In this document: positions 23,325 to 38,400 of the stretch, piece after piece
Layout: every line of letters begins with the position of its first letter
How positions within the stretch are numbered: position 1 is the first letter of the stretch
From: Antechinus flavipes
Lineage: Eukaryota
Assembly: GCF_016432865.1 (NCBI RefSeq)
Contig: NC_067399.1
Coordinates: 141,732,001 to 141,796,000 of the forward strand
Direction of reading: 5' to 3'
Length of the DNA stretch: 64,000 nucleotides
Made by a program: the position numbers and the translations under genes
The notes under the pieces: generated by a model
Seen by the model: the letters and a program-made list of their open reading frames with translations, nothing else
Database searches by the model: none
What the model was told of the DNA's origin: nothing

Positions 23325-23628
23325 CTGTGAGAAGGAGATGTGGGGTAAAGCTGATAGAAGGCCCATTGGCCCAGGGACAGAACAGGTGGGGATGGAAGGG
23401 GAAAGACTAGCACAGGTTAATGAGAGGAGGGCCAGAGTGTACTCAGTCAGAGTAAGAAGAATAGAATACAGGATGCAAAATGAAAGAAAAGGGGGTAGTA
23501 AGATACATGGAGAGGAAGAGTATCTGGTGACCTAAAGCTGGAGGGGACACAAATGTGGAGAGCTTTATGATGTACCCAACGGATACCCTAGGAAAAGGGG
23601 CTGCATTAATCCCCAGGTGGTCTCCTAC

Positions 23629-23798
23629 CAGTTGTGATACAGTCGAACTCTCTGAGTGGCAGGTCCTGCACCTTGTGCTCTTGGAACCTAGGAGGGCTAG
23701 CGCAGTAGATGGGAGCCACAGTAGTATTGGTATTTGCCAACCACTCCACCAACCACTTCACTTTGCAGTCACAGACCAATGAGTTGCCCCGAAGGTCT
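23629..23798 (-). CDS. LGI3: LGI3 exon 6 (LRRCT): [20 protein letters not shown]...EFDCITT
   Basis: 170 nt, AG/GTAGGA boundaries, LRR C-terminal cysteine cap. Confidence 0.97.
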
Positions 23799-26169
23799 CT
23801 GGCCAATAGGAGTGAGAGATTTTGGAAGGGAAGAATGACATTCAGCAACCTGGCTCAAAACACTTCCCTCCCAAAGTAGAGTGTGTGGATCACTTATGCT
23901 AAGCAAACAGTCCTCCTCATTCCCCTACCCTCATTTTATTCCTATTGTCCCATACCAAGAATTCCTCCTTCCTCAGTTTCATTATTTTCTTGTGTAAGTA
24001 AGCATGAATATGTGACAAATATGGAAATATGTTAAGAATAAATGCACATATTTAACCTATATCAGATTACTTGCTATCTTGGGGAAGAGAGAGGGAGGAG
24101 AGAAAGAGAAAAATTTAGAACAAAAGGTTTTGCAAAAGTGAATATTGAAAATTATTTTTGCATGTATTTGAAAAAAATACTCTAAGAAAAAGAAAAAAGT
24201 GATCGTGAATATGGTTGAGCTTCTGATAAGGTTCATTTGGGATTTTCTTGATGGAGTCTCCAATCTGTAAAGAATCATAGAATTATAAAGTAGGAGAGAT
24301 ATTAGGGCAATCCAGTATGGAAATAGCTCAGCCTAGAGGCTGCTTAGAGCTGGTTTTGCCATGCCCAGGGTTTATTCAGAGGAATATGGAGTGGAAGTAA
24401 TAGGTCTTTGTGAAAAGAAACAAAGACTGAAATAACAATAGGACAAATAGAAAAGCAAATAAACTTTAAACGTGTGATTAGAGCCCATGAATCCCTGTTC
24501 AACTTTCTCATTTTATGGATGAGGAAATTGACCTATGTATGCTACAGTGAAAAGAATACAGGTTATTGGTTCCAATCCCACTTCTAATATCAACTACCTA
24601 AATGACCTTTCAAATGTCACTTAACCTTGCCTATGCCTCTGTTTTCCTATCTGTAAAAAGGCTGGACTAGATGTCCCAGCTTTCAGACTCGAGTTTAAGG
24701 AACTTATTCAAGCTCAGAAAAGGAATCATAAATACTGACATTTTCAGAGTGCTTTACACTGAACAGGTGGCAGGTTCAATGCTAAAATCCAAACCTCCCA
24801 ATCTAGTACCCCTCTACCTATATCCTATCCCATAATTGTCCTCTTATTCTCCATGGAAGAACCATAGGGAAGATAGAGGTGACTGTTTCTTAGTGACTCA
24901 GTGTTGCTTTATAAACATCAGTTGTACCATGTACTGGGCTGTTATGCAATGCCGTCCTCAGGGCCTACTGAGGCACAAAAGCCCAATGATAATAGCTGAC
25001 ATTTTGGATTTGCCAAGTGCTTTACATATATTATGTTATTCTTGCCCTAACACAATCCAGTGAGGTGGGAGTGACAGGTACTTATCAACATTATACAGAT
25101 GAGGAAGCTCAGAAAGATTAGCTTTGCCCAAGTTCTCACAAGCCAAGAAGTCTCAGGGGCAAGATCAAGACCTCCACCTCTTGACACCTTGATTATAGCT
25201 TGCCCTGCACATTTTAAGTTGGTAACCAGCTCCTTGCTTTGGTATTAGCATGCCTGAGATGCGCTCCTTGCTGACCCGTGCCTCAGAGAATCCCTCTCTT
25301 CCTTTAATGAGCAACTCGGGCATCAAATTTCTACAGAGCCTTTCCCCACTGAGTTCCTGCCCTCCCTCCAAAATTCTCTTGTATTTAGCTTTTCTGTATG
25401 TGTTTGTATTTATTAGCTACATATACCTTCTGTATATATACTTTATATGTACTTATCTCCCCTGTCAGAATAGAGGTGCAAGCTCCTTCTGAGAATGGGT
25501 TGTTTCATTCTTTGTACTTTTATTTCTAATGTATAGCACAGAGACTGATAGGTGCTTGTTGTTCAGTCGTGTCCAACTCTCTGGGATCCCATTTGGGGTT
25601 TTCTCAGCAAAGGTACTATTACTATTGCTATTTTTTTTAATCCAACTCATTTTACAGATGAGCAAACTGAGGCAAACAGGGTTAAGAGATTTGCCCAGGG
25701 TAATACAACTAGTAAAAGTGACTGAGGATATATTTGAACTCAGGTTTTCCTGACTTTAGACCCTGAATTCTGTCCACTGCACCACCCAGCTCATTAAATG
25801 TTTATTCTCTTTCCTTTTCCTGACCCTGCAGTGGGAAATGAAGGCTTTTCATACTTGAACTTCCCCCAATCATACATTTTAGACAAGGTCATGAACGCCT
25901 TGGGGAATCATACATGTTAAATTTCTAATTCTGTCCCGAAGGTCCCAGTACCCACACTTGTCTCTTTCTTTAGATTTTATATCCCTCACATCCCCTAACA
26001 TTTCCCTACAATAGTTAAGTGACCTCTTTAAAAATCTGGTGAATCTTGTGAGCCCCTTCTCTGACAATGTTTTTAAATGTATATAATAAAATATGTAGGA
26101 TTACAAAGAAAACTATATTAAATCAGTCACCTATATATGTGTGTTGGTATATAGATGTTATATAGACTT

Positions 26170-26580
26170 TTTAATCTTATTTACCTGTACATATATATAT
26201 TTATGTGTATGTATGCATATATAAATAACACATACCTATATCACATACAAGTATATATCCACATGCATATATGTGTATATACATTTGTATATATGTACAT
26301 ACTTATATAGGTATATATACATATATCTCTTTGTGTCTGTCTCTGAATCTGTCTTTCTATCTGTTTCTGTCTCTCTGTCTCTGTCTTTGTTTCTGAACTC
26401 TCTGTTTCTGAATCTCTGTCTTTCTGTCTCTCTGTCTCTCTGAGTCTTTCTGTCTCACTCTCTCTATATCTGTCTTTCTTTGTTTCTGTCTGTCTTTCTG
26501 TCTAAGTCTCCTTCTTTCATCCTCCCTCTCCTCCACTTTCTCTCTCCTTCCCACTCGCCCCTTCTATCCTTCCCTCCCTC
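26170..26580. repeat. Compound (TA/CA)n then (TC)n/(TCTG)n low-complexity tract in LGI3 intron 5
   Basis: Visible directly in the sequence. Confidence 0.9.
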
Positions 26581-26677
26581 CCTCCCCAAGTTAAGAACTC
26601 CTTCCCAAAAGGGAATCTCTCCTCCTGGCTAAAAGATTCAAAGTAGGTTCATTAAAAGAGATGGGAAAAGGGCCTTA

Positions 26678-26770
<93 letters not shown>

Positions 26771-26936
26771 TTAGTTACAAAGTCACCTAGAAATTATAAG
26801 GGAGTCTTCTGGGTATTGGGATTTTGGCCAAAATCAACCATTCCACCTTTTTTAGCCCCGGAGAGGAACCAGTTTTTAGGGACTACTGGGCAGGGATACG
26901 CCTGTAGCAAACAACCTTGTGTTGGGTTATACTTAC

Positions 26937-27008
26937 AGGTGTGTCAAAGACTTGAGTCCTCGGAAGGTGAACCTAGACAGTGCCCAGATGTCATTGTTCT
27001 CAATGAAG
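26937..27008 (-). CDS. LGI3: LGI3 exon 4 (LRR): [24 protein letters not shown]
   Basis: 72-nt LRR exon, AG/GTAAGT boundaries. Confidence 0.97.
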
Positions 27009-27760
27009 CTATAGAAAATAAGAGCTTGGCTCAGCCTGGCATTCAATCCTACCCCTGCTTTTAGCCCATAATTTTAACCCTAGCCAAACTGCAAGCCCAG
27101 TCTCCAAAAAAGGCTACCAATTAGACTGCATGGACTTTTGACCCACAAAGCTTTAAAAAGGAAAAAAGTGATGGCTAAGAAGCTTTAAGGCAGTTCTCAA
27201 TACATTTTTTTTTGCTTACAGCACAGTATTCTTTGCCATGAAGAATCAAGGCACAGAGCACATTTTAAGTTGGTAACAAACAACAGTTTCTTGGCAGTCA
27301 GTGCTCCAGACACATTAGGCAGATTTTTCTCTTCCTCTCTTTACCCTTCTTTTATCCCCCCTCCCACTTCACCCCCAAGGTTCTCAGCAAGGGAGGTAAC
27401 TTTTCACCTCTCTTCCCCTTCCACTGAGTGGCTATTATGACCTTCCCAAAGAGCAGGCAGCCAAATGCAGCAGAGGTGGGGGTGGGTGAGGGCTAGGTAT
27501 TTTAAAGCACACCTAATGGGAAATATTGAGGCAATACACACTTTGAGAAACTCTGGTTTAGCTGTAGTCATGTACATGATATGGAAATGGATGAAATAAC
27601 CATGAGTTTTTTTCCAGACCTAAATTTCATTGATTTTTTTCACCCTCTGACCTTCCATTTCCAACCTTCTCCATCCAACTTCCAATCAACCCCACCCAGA
27701 TCCCAGTATCCTCCTCCTCCTCCTTTTGTTCCACCCTTTATCCCTTCTTCTCCCACGCAC

Positions 27761-27832
27761 AGATATTGTAGGTGGGATAGTCCCATGAAAGCATTGTCTC
27801 CGATCAGAGTAAACTTGTTGGAATTGAGTAAC
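27761..27832 (-). CDS. LGI3: LGI3 exon 3 (LRR): [24 protein letters not shown]
   Basis: 72-nt LRR exon, AG/GTGCGT boundaries. Confidence 0.97.
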
Positions 27833-29651
27833 CTAGAAAAGGAGGCAAAGGAAAAGTTAGAGCTCTAGGATGTGCCCATTATCCCAAGATCCCTCCCCAA
27901 GTATTCTGTCTGTCTTCTAAAACTCTTTACTATGATTTGGCCTTCACTATTGCCCATTCCATCCAGAGCACCCAAAAGATTTGTTAATAGGTGACTATCA
28001 GATCATGGAATATGAAGAACAGTAAGGTACAAACATGAAATAATATATTGTAGCAGTTGGTACTTGGATTTTTTTCCTCCCTACCACAACCCAAGTATAA
28101 AAATAATGGAGAGAGGATTGAGCTTCCTCCTGTCAAAGATGGATGTCTCTGGGTCCTGAGTTTTCCCACTTTTCTTTTACTGGCAACTTCCCTTTCCTTT
28201 TCCTATCTCCAACAATCTAGCATACAATTGAAGGATGGTTTGGTATGAAGGTACCATAAAGCACCTTCTCCTGATTCTCAGGATAATTTTAAAGATTTAA
28301 AGGACCAAAATTCTTAACATTTTCTGTGTCTTGGATCCCTTTTCAGAGTTCGTAAATAATCAGAATTATTACATTTAAGCCAGAGGTTAGTAAAAAAAAA
28401 AAAAAAAGACATAATTATTTTCCCCAATCCCTTGAAATCTAACCCTGAACTTATTGGCCCCCCATGCTTACAATCATGTTTGATTATACATGACCCTATG
28501 GACATTGTTTATGGGGTTTTCTTAGCGAAGATACTGAAGTGGTATGTTATTTCCATTTTCCTCATTTTACAGATGAGAAATTAAGGCAAATAGGGGGTAA
28601 GTGACTTGTTCAAGGTGACACACAATTAGTGTCTGAAGCTAGATTTGAACTCAGATCTTGAATCTACGTCTGGTACTCTATCTGCTGTTTCACCTTACTG
28701 CTTCGGTTAATAACTCCTGCACTAAACAGTCCCTTTTTAAGTTCTCCTTGGAATAAAAAAAGTATTCTCTCTCTCCCTATACAAAAGTCACTCCTCTAGT
28801 CCAATATGTATGGTTTATGTATTTTCTGCCTTCTCTCTTCTAAACTGCCATTTCTTGCTTTGGAGGAAGCTATGTAGTAGCTTGGACTGGAGCAGAAAAA
28901 CTGAGTTCAAATCTGCACTCGGAACACTAGCTGTATGATCTTGAACAAGTCACTTAATCTCTGCCTCAGTTTCTTTAACTGTAAAATGGGGATAGTGATA
29001 ATTTCCCAAGGATCAAATGAGATATTTTTAAAGTGCCTGACCTATTATAGGAACTTAATAAAGACTTGTTTCCTTCCTTTTGTTCATACCTGTCTCTCCT
29101 GTGGGAAATGAGAGCTATGTACAAACAAATTCCACCACCCCCACCCCCCATGCATTTTTGGCAAATCCACTGATGACTTGAGCAATCCTTTAGAAATTTT
29201 GAACCTCTCTAGAGTTTGTGAACTTTTAAAAATATATATGCATCTTGATAATTATTATTTCAATATAATTGTTTCACTTTATAATTCTATGTACATTATA
29301 TTGTACATTCTGAAATATGATCCACTGACTTCAAAAGTTGGCCAACAGGGTTATAACACAGAAAAAAAGGTTAAGAGCTTTGGCTCTGAGACCTGATCCC
29401 CAGGACCCATCAATATCCAGACCATTCCATCCTTCCCCAACTCTCCAGATTCAGACTAAATTGTTGCCATATCCTTGCCTGGATCTTACCTCCACTCCAC
29501 CATTGGCTTCTGGTTTAAAATGCTTTTCTCACAGCCACTGCCCTCATCAACCCAGCCAAAAAAGTCTAGACTCTGATTCTAGAGATCCTTCCCTCCACCC
29601 CAGCTCTCCATCTCGATTCCTGCTTTCAGGTAGAGGCTCCCCTGTGTTTTA

Positions 29652-29858
<207 letters not shown>

Positions 29859-31707
29859 TTATGCTGGGTGGGTGGATGGGGTAAAAAGAAAGGGAGTGGG
29901 AAGATTTAGCTTAGTCCTTTACTCCAATGATTAGTTTCTCTGCTTTCCTCAGCTCCACTGATTTCATTTTATTCATTCACACCTTCCAACTTTATCCTTT
30001 TCTCCCAAACCTCAAACCCTATCTTTCCTTTCTTGACACTTAAACCCTCTCCTTGGGCCATTTAGATGCAATCCCTCACCCCCACTACCTTGTGACATTC
30101 CTTGGGAAGCTCCTCAGCCCCTCCCTGTAGACTCACCTAGACTCCCCACATCTTTCCTTACATGTTCCCCCTCTTTGCCCTGCCTCCATAAATCCTGTGC
30201 TTTTCTTACACCCACACCCATCAGAAAGAAGCTGTTGCATCATCATGAACAAACATTTTCATTCCTACTGTGTACAAGGTCCTACAAAGTACTACAAGTC
30301 CTGTGCTAGGCCCTGGAGATATAAATAATAATAGCTGATTTTAAATATCTTAAGTGGCAGAGGTAACTCCATGGTTAGAGGATCTTCTGTCAAGAAATTC
30401 TGAGTTTAAATGTGACCTCAGACTCTTTGCTGTTATCCAATATCTGATTCTTCATGACACCATTTGGGATTTTCTTGGCAAAGATATCAAGGAGTGGTTT
30501 TCCATTTCCTTCTCCAGTTCACTTTACTGATGAGGAAACTGAGGCAAATTGTGCTAAATGACTTTCCTAGACCACACAGCTAGAATCTGAAGGCAGATTT
30601 GAACTCAGGAAGTTTACTTGACTTAGGTTCAGCAGTCTATCCATTGTGCCATCTAGCTGACTCTAAACACTTACTAGCTATGGAATACTGGGCAAGTCTC
30701 TCTGCCTCAGTTTCCTCTGCTGCAAAATGAGGTTAATAGTAGCACTTATCTCTTAAGCACTTATTTTGTGAGATATTTGTAAAGTGCTTTGCAAAACCTT
30801 AAAGTGGTATATAAATGCTTATTATTGTTATCATAGCACTTTAAGACTGAAAAAACACTTTGTATTACATGATCTCATTTGATCTTCACACAGGTTATTA
30901 ACTGTTTTCATTTTATAGATAAAGAGACAGACACAACTAGAGAAACTGTTGACTGAAGCTCATATGTGCTATTTTCAAAGAGTTTAAACTCAGGATATCC
31001 CAGTAACCAAGGGGTTAATTGTGGCCAAAATTACATCTGTAATGCTGAAGTTCAAAAGATACCATTGAAAGGCCGATATGTCACATTGCATTGGCCAGCA
31101 TCAGTGTCAAGGAACAGAGCAGGGCAAAATGTGGCTGCAGTTTCCCTCCCTCGATGCAGCACTGTGGGACTGATCCCATGGATGGGCATGCAGGATGAGG
31201 AGACACATATACACCAGAGGAATACACATGCTTGTGTGGACACAGAAGGCCTTGCACCTTTCCTCATGTTTGGTGACCATATACTCTTCTGTATATAGAG
31301 CACATACTCTTGGGGTTTTCCCCATCAGTCATGCTTGCTGGTCCCCTTATATTCATTACCCAACTTTCAGCAGCGCTGTGGAAGGTGCTGTGCTGCATCT
31401 TGGAAATAAAATTTTTAAATGCCACAGCCCCTACCTTCTAAGAGCTGCTTCCTTGACATCTGCCTCCTGTTTCTGAGGCATTGGGATGACAAGGCATCTG
31501 CTTACCCCCCTCTGAAGCCAATCACCTTCTTGGGAAACTCCTAATCCCCTCCTCCCCCAACCTTATCTAAATTCCCCCCCTCTTCACCCCACACTTTTTG
31601 CCTACCCCTAAAAAATGCACTTCTAGAACCCCAAGCCTGTGCCTGTTGTTCCCCCATCATCTCTGGTCTTTCTCTCCATTCCCCTCCCCCTTGGATCGGG
31701 CACTCAC

Positions 31708-31916
31708 AGGGAGATGACTTCAGTGGGAAGATTCTTGGGCACAGCCTTGGAGTCAACGCAGAAGGCAGTGTCCCGGGTACAGGAACAGCTGGGTGGGCAT
31801 GGGGGAGTCTTGGGGGGCCTCTTGGCATCCCCCAGTAAGATCAGGCAGAAGCCCAGCAAGCACAGCTCCAGAAGCCGATGCCCAGATCCCTGCGGCAATG
31901 CCCACAGTCCCAACAT
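31708..31916 (-). CDS. LGI3: LGI3 exon 1 coding part (signal peptide + LRRNT): [10 protein letters not shown]...[39 protein letters not shown]
   Basis: ATG at 31916-31914 in gcagccATG context, 209 nt to a GTGAGT donor, LGI3-specific [15 protein letters not shown]. Confidence 0.96.
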
Positions 31917-32420
31917 GGCTGCAGCTAGAGATTGCCCCTCTCACCCTTCGCTTCTCACCCACGGGCACTGCCACCCCGAAGGCTGGTCCCCCACAGTCTC
32001 CAAAGGCCCCCAAAGGATGCCAGCATTCCAGGCTGGCACCTCCCCCTGCAGCTCGGATCCCTGCCCGGTGGCCGCAGCTGAGAACTCCCAGGCAGCTGGA
32101 TCCTCCCTCTCTCTCCCTCCCTCAACCCCCAGCAGCCCGGCAGCCGCTGCTGCTCTTTCTCCCTTCCCCCTTTCCGCTCCCCCTCCCCCTGCCCCAAGCT
32201 GCGCTCTCCAGATTTCCAGCCTCTCCCTCCTGACAGCGGCGCTGCCCTGCCCCGCTGCAGTCCCCTCTGCCTGGGAGAAACAAGTGCGGAGTGCGCTGCG
32301 CTCGGGGACCAGCCGGGACAGGGGTGGGGTTGGAAGGGACTGCGGCGGGGACAGCGCATGGAGGGAGGGCTCTCAGGATTAGACAGGGAGGGGGAGGAGG
32401 AGAGGGTTGGTTAGAGATCT
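31917..32420 (-). promoter_or_regulatory. LGI3: LGI3 5' UTR and GC-rich promoter
   Basis: CpG-containing GC-rich block directly upstream of the ATG; TSS not determinable from sequence. Confidence 0.6.
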
Positions 32421-34189
32421 TGCTGCAGTGTGTGGGAAAGCAGGTGTCTCAGGACTGCGTGTGCGTGTGCCTTTGTCCCTCAGTACATACATCTGGATCT
32501 TGCATCTTCTCAAGAGTTTATGCCCGTGCTTACGTGTGTACTGTGTATAAATGTGCACACGCATATGTGCGCATGTGCTCCCGTCCGTGCATGTGGGCTT
32601 TGGACACACATGTGTGTGTGCATCTATGCAGACGTTCAAACAAGTCTCCGTGTGTGCGTTCCTCTATGTATCCCCTGGGTCTCTGTATGTATGCTTACCT
32701 GGCCTCAAATGGGTTATAACAGCTACTGACATTTCTATGGCCCCTTTGGTTTACAAACACTTTGCTTTGCAAACACATCTCAGTGAGGCAGGAAGTGCAA
32801 ATATTCATAGCCCCACTTTATAGAAGAGGGAATGACTCTCAAAAATCAGGCAGCTTGCCCAGGTTCACACTAACAAGTGGGGTAGTCCATCAATCAATAA
32901 GTATTTGTTATTATCCTTCATTCTCCTCCAACTCTTCACTGACCTTGAGGACGGTGGAACACCGATGTTGTCCATGGCGTTTTCTTGGCAAAGGTACTGG
33001 AGTGGTTTGCCATTTCCTTCTCCAGTGGATTAAGGTAAACAGAGATTAAATGAGCTGCCCAAGGTCACACAGCTAGTAAGTATCTGAGGCTGAATCTGAA
33101 CTCAGGTTTTTTCTAATTCCAGGGCCAGCTCTCTACCCACTGAGGCACCTAGCTGCCTCCAATTATATTCCCCCATACCTCTGCAGTATGTACCCATGAT
33201 GGCTTGTGTGTGTGGTGGCCATGGCAGGCCTAAGAATGTAGGTAACAGGGACTGAGATGACTGGGGTGGAGTGCATATGTATGTTCATGTGTGTGCTGCT
33301 GAATAAAAATATCTTTGTCCATTGGGCATGATGTGTGGGTGAGAGGACAGAGTCCTTGCTGTTCAGTACATGTGGAATCTGGAATATTTCTGACCACCCT
33401 CCTCCCCCCAGAAAGTCAATTATTGGTTTTTACTAAAGCCAAGTGTTCTGATAGCTGGGGACCATCCTGCTTGAGTATACAATTATTTCCTCCTTCTTCT
33501 GGAGCCCTCCAGAATGAGAATACTCTGACCTAAACAAAGACTCTTTACTCAGAAACAGATGGCTTCTCTTTCTTCTAAGTCTAGTCCAGATTCTCCATAC
33601 AACTCCCCTTTGCTTCTGCCTCACAGACACAAGGCTAAGCTTTCTCCTTTAAGAAGATGGGGTTACCCTATGTCATCACTGCCAACCCATCTGCTTGTGC
33701 CCTACTCACTCTGCTCTTGCCCACTTGTGTGATAGGGAGTAGTGGGAGGGGGGCTGGGAGTTGGGGCAGCTGGGCTTCCCACCGTCCCTGGCACAGCCCT
33801 GCCCGGCATACAAAGGGAAGAGTGAGAGCTGCCCCGCCCCCTGGTAATGAGAGGACCAGGAGGGGGTAGAAAGGGTAGGCTCCCTGGTGTCATCCATCCC
33901 AGAGAGGACATAATGAGGGTCATCTTAGAGACAGACAAGAGATTCTTAAAGCCCAAGGAAACAGGATTCCTGGATTCTTTTCTCAAATAGTGGAGAGGAA
34001 TAATGATGGACCAGAGCAGAGCCCAAACTAAGACTTCAAAGGAAGAAAATGCAAATAAAGTTATGTCCCCTTCTTCTGAGGGCATAATCTGTGATATTAG
34101 TATTGAACTTAATTTTTTCACAAGCTCCATTATCTGTCATTCCCACTGTGATTTCATTGCACGGTTTTTGGGGTTTTTTTGTTCTTTTT

Positions 34190-35460
34190 AAATTTAATTT
34201 TTTCTAGGTTATATATGTAACATTAATTTTTAAAACATATTTCCATATGAGTCATTTTGTGAGAAAATCAGAACTAAAGGGAAAAACCACGAGAAGAAAA
34301 AAAAAAACAAGGGTAAAAATAAAATGTGTTGATGCACATTCAGTGTCCATGGTTCTTTTTCTGGTTACAGAAGACATTCTCCATCCAAAGTTTATTGGAA
34401 TTGCCTTGAATCACTGAACTGCTGAGAACAGTTAAATCTATCATAGTTGATCATCAAACACTCTTATTGTTGCTATGTACAATGTTTTTCTGGTTCTGCT
34501 TGCTTCACTTAGCATCAGTACATGTAAATCTTTCTAGGCTTTTCTAAAATCATCCTGTTCATTTTTTAATAGAACAATAATATTCCATTTCTTTCATATA
34601 CCATAGCTTATTTAGCTATTTCCCAAATGAAGTTATTTTTTCCAATTCCTTGTCCCCAGAAAGAGCTCATTGCAGTTTAACTAAAAAAACATGATCCTCA
34701 TAACAAATATGTATAGCAATCCACCAAAACAAATTCCAATTCCAACATTAGCCATGACCTCCAGAAAAGCATTTCTCATTCTACACCTTGAGTCTATCAG
34801 TTATCTGTTAGGAAGTTGATAGCCTGCTTCATCATCTTTTCTCTGGAATTTTAGTTGATCACTTCATTGATCAGAGTTCTAAAGTCTTTTAAAGTTCATT
34901 TTCTTCATAATATTATCATTGCACAAATTATTTTATTTCTTGCTCACTTTATTCTGCATCAGTTCGTAGAAATTCTCCCAGTTTCCTCTGAAATAGTTCA
35001 TTTAGTCACTTCTTGGCAGAATAACATTCCATTGCAGTCATATACCACAATTTGTTTAACTATTCCCAGTAGGAGGGTGCCCTGGTTTAGGGCTATTTTT
35101 GATATATAAGGTTGTTTTTTTTTCTTTTTCTTTCACCTCTTTGGGATATGTCTGATGTGTTTTATCAACATCAAAAGATATGCACCTTTTAGTAACTTTG
35201 GATACAGAGTTCAAAATTAATTTTTTTTTTTGCTGCTGAGACAATTGAGGTTAAGTGACTTGCCTAGGGTCACACAGCTAGAAAGTATTAACTATCTGAC
35301 GGTCATATTTGAACTCAGGTCCTTCTGATTGCAGGGCTGGTGCTCTATCCATTGCACCACCTCGGTGCCCCTCAAAATTACTTTCTAGAATATCTGGACC
35401 AATTCACAGCTCCACTAACAGTGAACAAGTGTGCCTATTTTCCGGAAAACCCTTCTTCCC
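34190..35460 (-). mobile_element. Cluster of antisense L1 3'-end fragments with a nested WSINE1-type SINE (35220-35371)
   Basis: L1 3' motifs (tcatataccacaatttgttta...). The SINE is flanked by the TSD TCAAAATTA at 35211-35219 and 35372-35380. Confidence 0.7.
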
Positions 35461-38400
35461 AACATTTGTGTTGAATTAACAATCTTATTTTTTTCATTTA
35501 ACATTTGATTTTCACAGCCATTCTCTGAGATAGAGAAGGAAAATGTTATTATTCATAGTTTAAAAAGATAGGAAATCATCTCAGAGGTGTGATATGACTT
35601 GCCAGGTTTAAACAGCTGGTAAGTGGTATAGCCAATACTGTAACTCAAGCATCTTGACTCTTTAGCATTCTTCCCAGTGTATTATCTGTATGCTGCCCTT
35701 GACTTCTTCCACCCAAACCAAAATGGGTATTTTGGTTCTATTCATCCCAGAGAAAACATAAAAGGCATCAATGTAAAGATAGGCAAAAGATTCAAATCTA
35801 GAGAGAGAGAGAGAGAACTGAAGCATTTTGTGTCATGGTTCCCTATGGAAATCTAGTAAAGCCTGTGGACCCTTTCTCAGAATAGTGTTTTTAGATGCAT
35901 AAAATAAAAAAATTAGAATTACAAAGGAAACCAAAGGTTAACAAAAATAAAGATGTAATATTTTTCTCATCAAAGTTGAAAACCCCTGAATTCTATCTAA
36001 GCACTCTTTGGGGATCTGTGCACACCTTTATGTAAAGGAATGGGATTCCTTCATGTAATTAGATTTGAAATAATAGACTATCAAAACTATTACAGAAATA
36101 AGGTCTGAGATTCACTTGTCCCCTTTCATCACCATGTCAAGCCATCAAATATTCATTCATTGAGGGAGTATTCATAAGCACCCATCAGATGCAAGGCAGT
36201 ATGTAATTCAATGAATAATTCAAAGATTACTCCACATTCTAGGAACTCATGGTTTAATGGCCATGGTCTAGCTAGCCAAGATTAACACAAAGATAACTGA
36301 AAATATGAAGCATTGATTGATGCCAAGGTCAATGTTATTTGAGTGCTAGGAGTTCATTCCTATGGTTTCAAAGTGACTGGGAAAGTTTTGCCGGGGAGGG
36401 GAGTTTTTACCCAGGTCTTGAAGGATGGATCAGATTCAAGACATAATGAAGAGGACAAAGATGACCGAAGAATAGACTTCACAGTAGAAGGTAATGGGGG
36501 ACAAGGCTGGAAAGGTAGACTGGGGTAAGATTATATAGAAATATGAATGTTAAAAAATACTATGGAATTCTTTTTTATCAATCTTCCAGAAATCTCCAAG
36601 CCCATTAACATGGTGGTGGTTGTTCTCCAAGAAAGAGGAAAAAATAGTCTTTCCATCTATTTTCTCCACTAGCCAAAGGAAAAATTTCCAATTTCTTTTC
36701 TCTTCATAACTGCCCCGCAAAAGGTAATGGATTTGAGAGTTTGTGATAGCTCCTGCTCATATGGAACCTTGCCAACAAGGAAGTAGGATCATGGATTAAG
36801 AGGAGGAAGGCATCTTATAGTTTATGTAGTACAACCTTTTGCTTTGTATAGATGAAGAAACTAAAGCCCAGAAAGACTGAGTGAATTATCTGCCAATGGT
36901 CCCACAGATAGTAAATGCAGAGCCAGGATTCCTTACCAAGGAGAATAATGACCCGGATGAGGCAGACTTGCCCAGAGTCTTCCAGCAATGTGAAGGATTC
37001 AGGACAATAAATTCACAGTTTAATAATTTATGCTACAAACTCCCTCCACCCCCATCTGACTAGCTCTCCTGAGAACAAGCTTCTACACAATTTCAAAGCT
37101 CAGGACACTCCCTGGGTCAGGGCCCTCCGGCCTCTAGAGATGCCCACGGGGTCCCCGAGATGCCTTTGGTTCTCCTTGGCTTTCCAGTTGGCCCAGTGCC
37201 CCACCTGGCTCCAGCCCAGTGCCCGTGAGTCAGCTGATCAATTCCAATGTTACCAAGACAACTAGGGGAAGAGGCCCTCGGGAGCTGGCAAGGGTGGGCA
37301 CTGCAGGCGGGCAGGCTCCCAGCTCTGGCACCTGGACATGGCTGAAGCAGTATTATTAGGAGAGCAGGGAGTATGGGGCTAGAATTTCTCTTTTCTTCTT
37401 CCTTCTTTCCTCCCCTCTATCTCCTCTTTCTCCTGCCCCCAACTTTCTCCTGGGACATTTTTCCAACTAGAAACTTGGGCAAATATTTAAAGGGGTACAT
37501 GGAGGATTGGGGATGAGGAGCAAACAATTGCTTCCTCTCCTTCGAAGCCCTACTGAAACCTCTTAGGCCCTCTCAGGAGCCAGGAATTCAATTAGTTGCA
37601 CAACCTCTAGAGTCTGAGTGTACTTCAGCTAGGGGTCATAGGTGAGAGAGACATGTGCATGCAAAACTAAGGGAACAGAGTGTCAATTTTTAAATCTAAA
37701 GAGAATTTTAAAAGTAGTTGGATTAGGGAAGATAAAAGGTAGCAGTTGAGGTAAAAGCCTGGAATTTGGAAAACTGCATGGCTGGGTCACAGTTAAAGAT
37801 GTCAGAAAAAAAAAAAAGGTGAGGTGTGAGGAGGGAGTTGGGAGAAGCAGGTTACGGATTGGGAGAAACATGCAGAAAAATCTAGGGAGAGAATGGAGAT
37901 TCAGTGAAAAGAGACTAGCCAGCCTGGGAAAGGAAGGCTGAATGGCGATTTTATGTTTGGAAGACAGGAACATAGCAGTCAATCAACTTCCTGTGCTAAG
38001 GATTCCTTTGGGGTATATAGAAACATAAAAATAGTTGCACACATTAATTTTAAGGTTTGCAAAATACTTCTGTGCTTCACAATAACCCCATGAGGCAGTT
38101 GCTGTTATGAACCTCATTTCACGAATGAGGAAACTGACATTCAAGACGAGTAATTTGCTCAGGCTAACAGCTGGTAATCAGGATTGGGATCTCAGGCTTT
38201 CTGACTCCCTTGATTACACCATAAACCCATGCCAGCATCTAAAACAGCCCACCCCAGAAAATGAAGAGACAGAGGTCCCAGAAGTTAATGTAGAGCCCTC
38301 CCTACCTGACTCCTGGCCATCCTTCAAGGCTCAAATCAAGGCCCACCACCTTCAGGAAGGCCTCCCTAATTACTATCCTTGATGATCTCACCCTCCTCTC

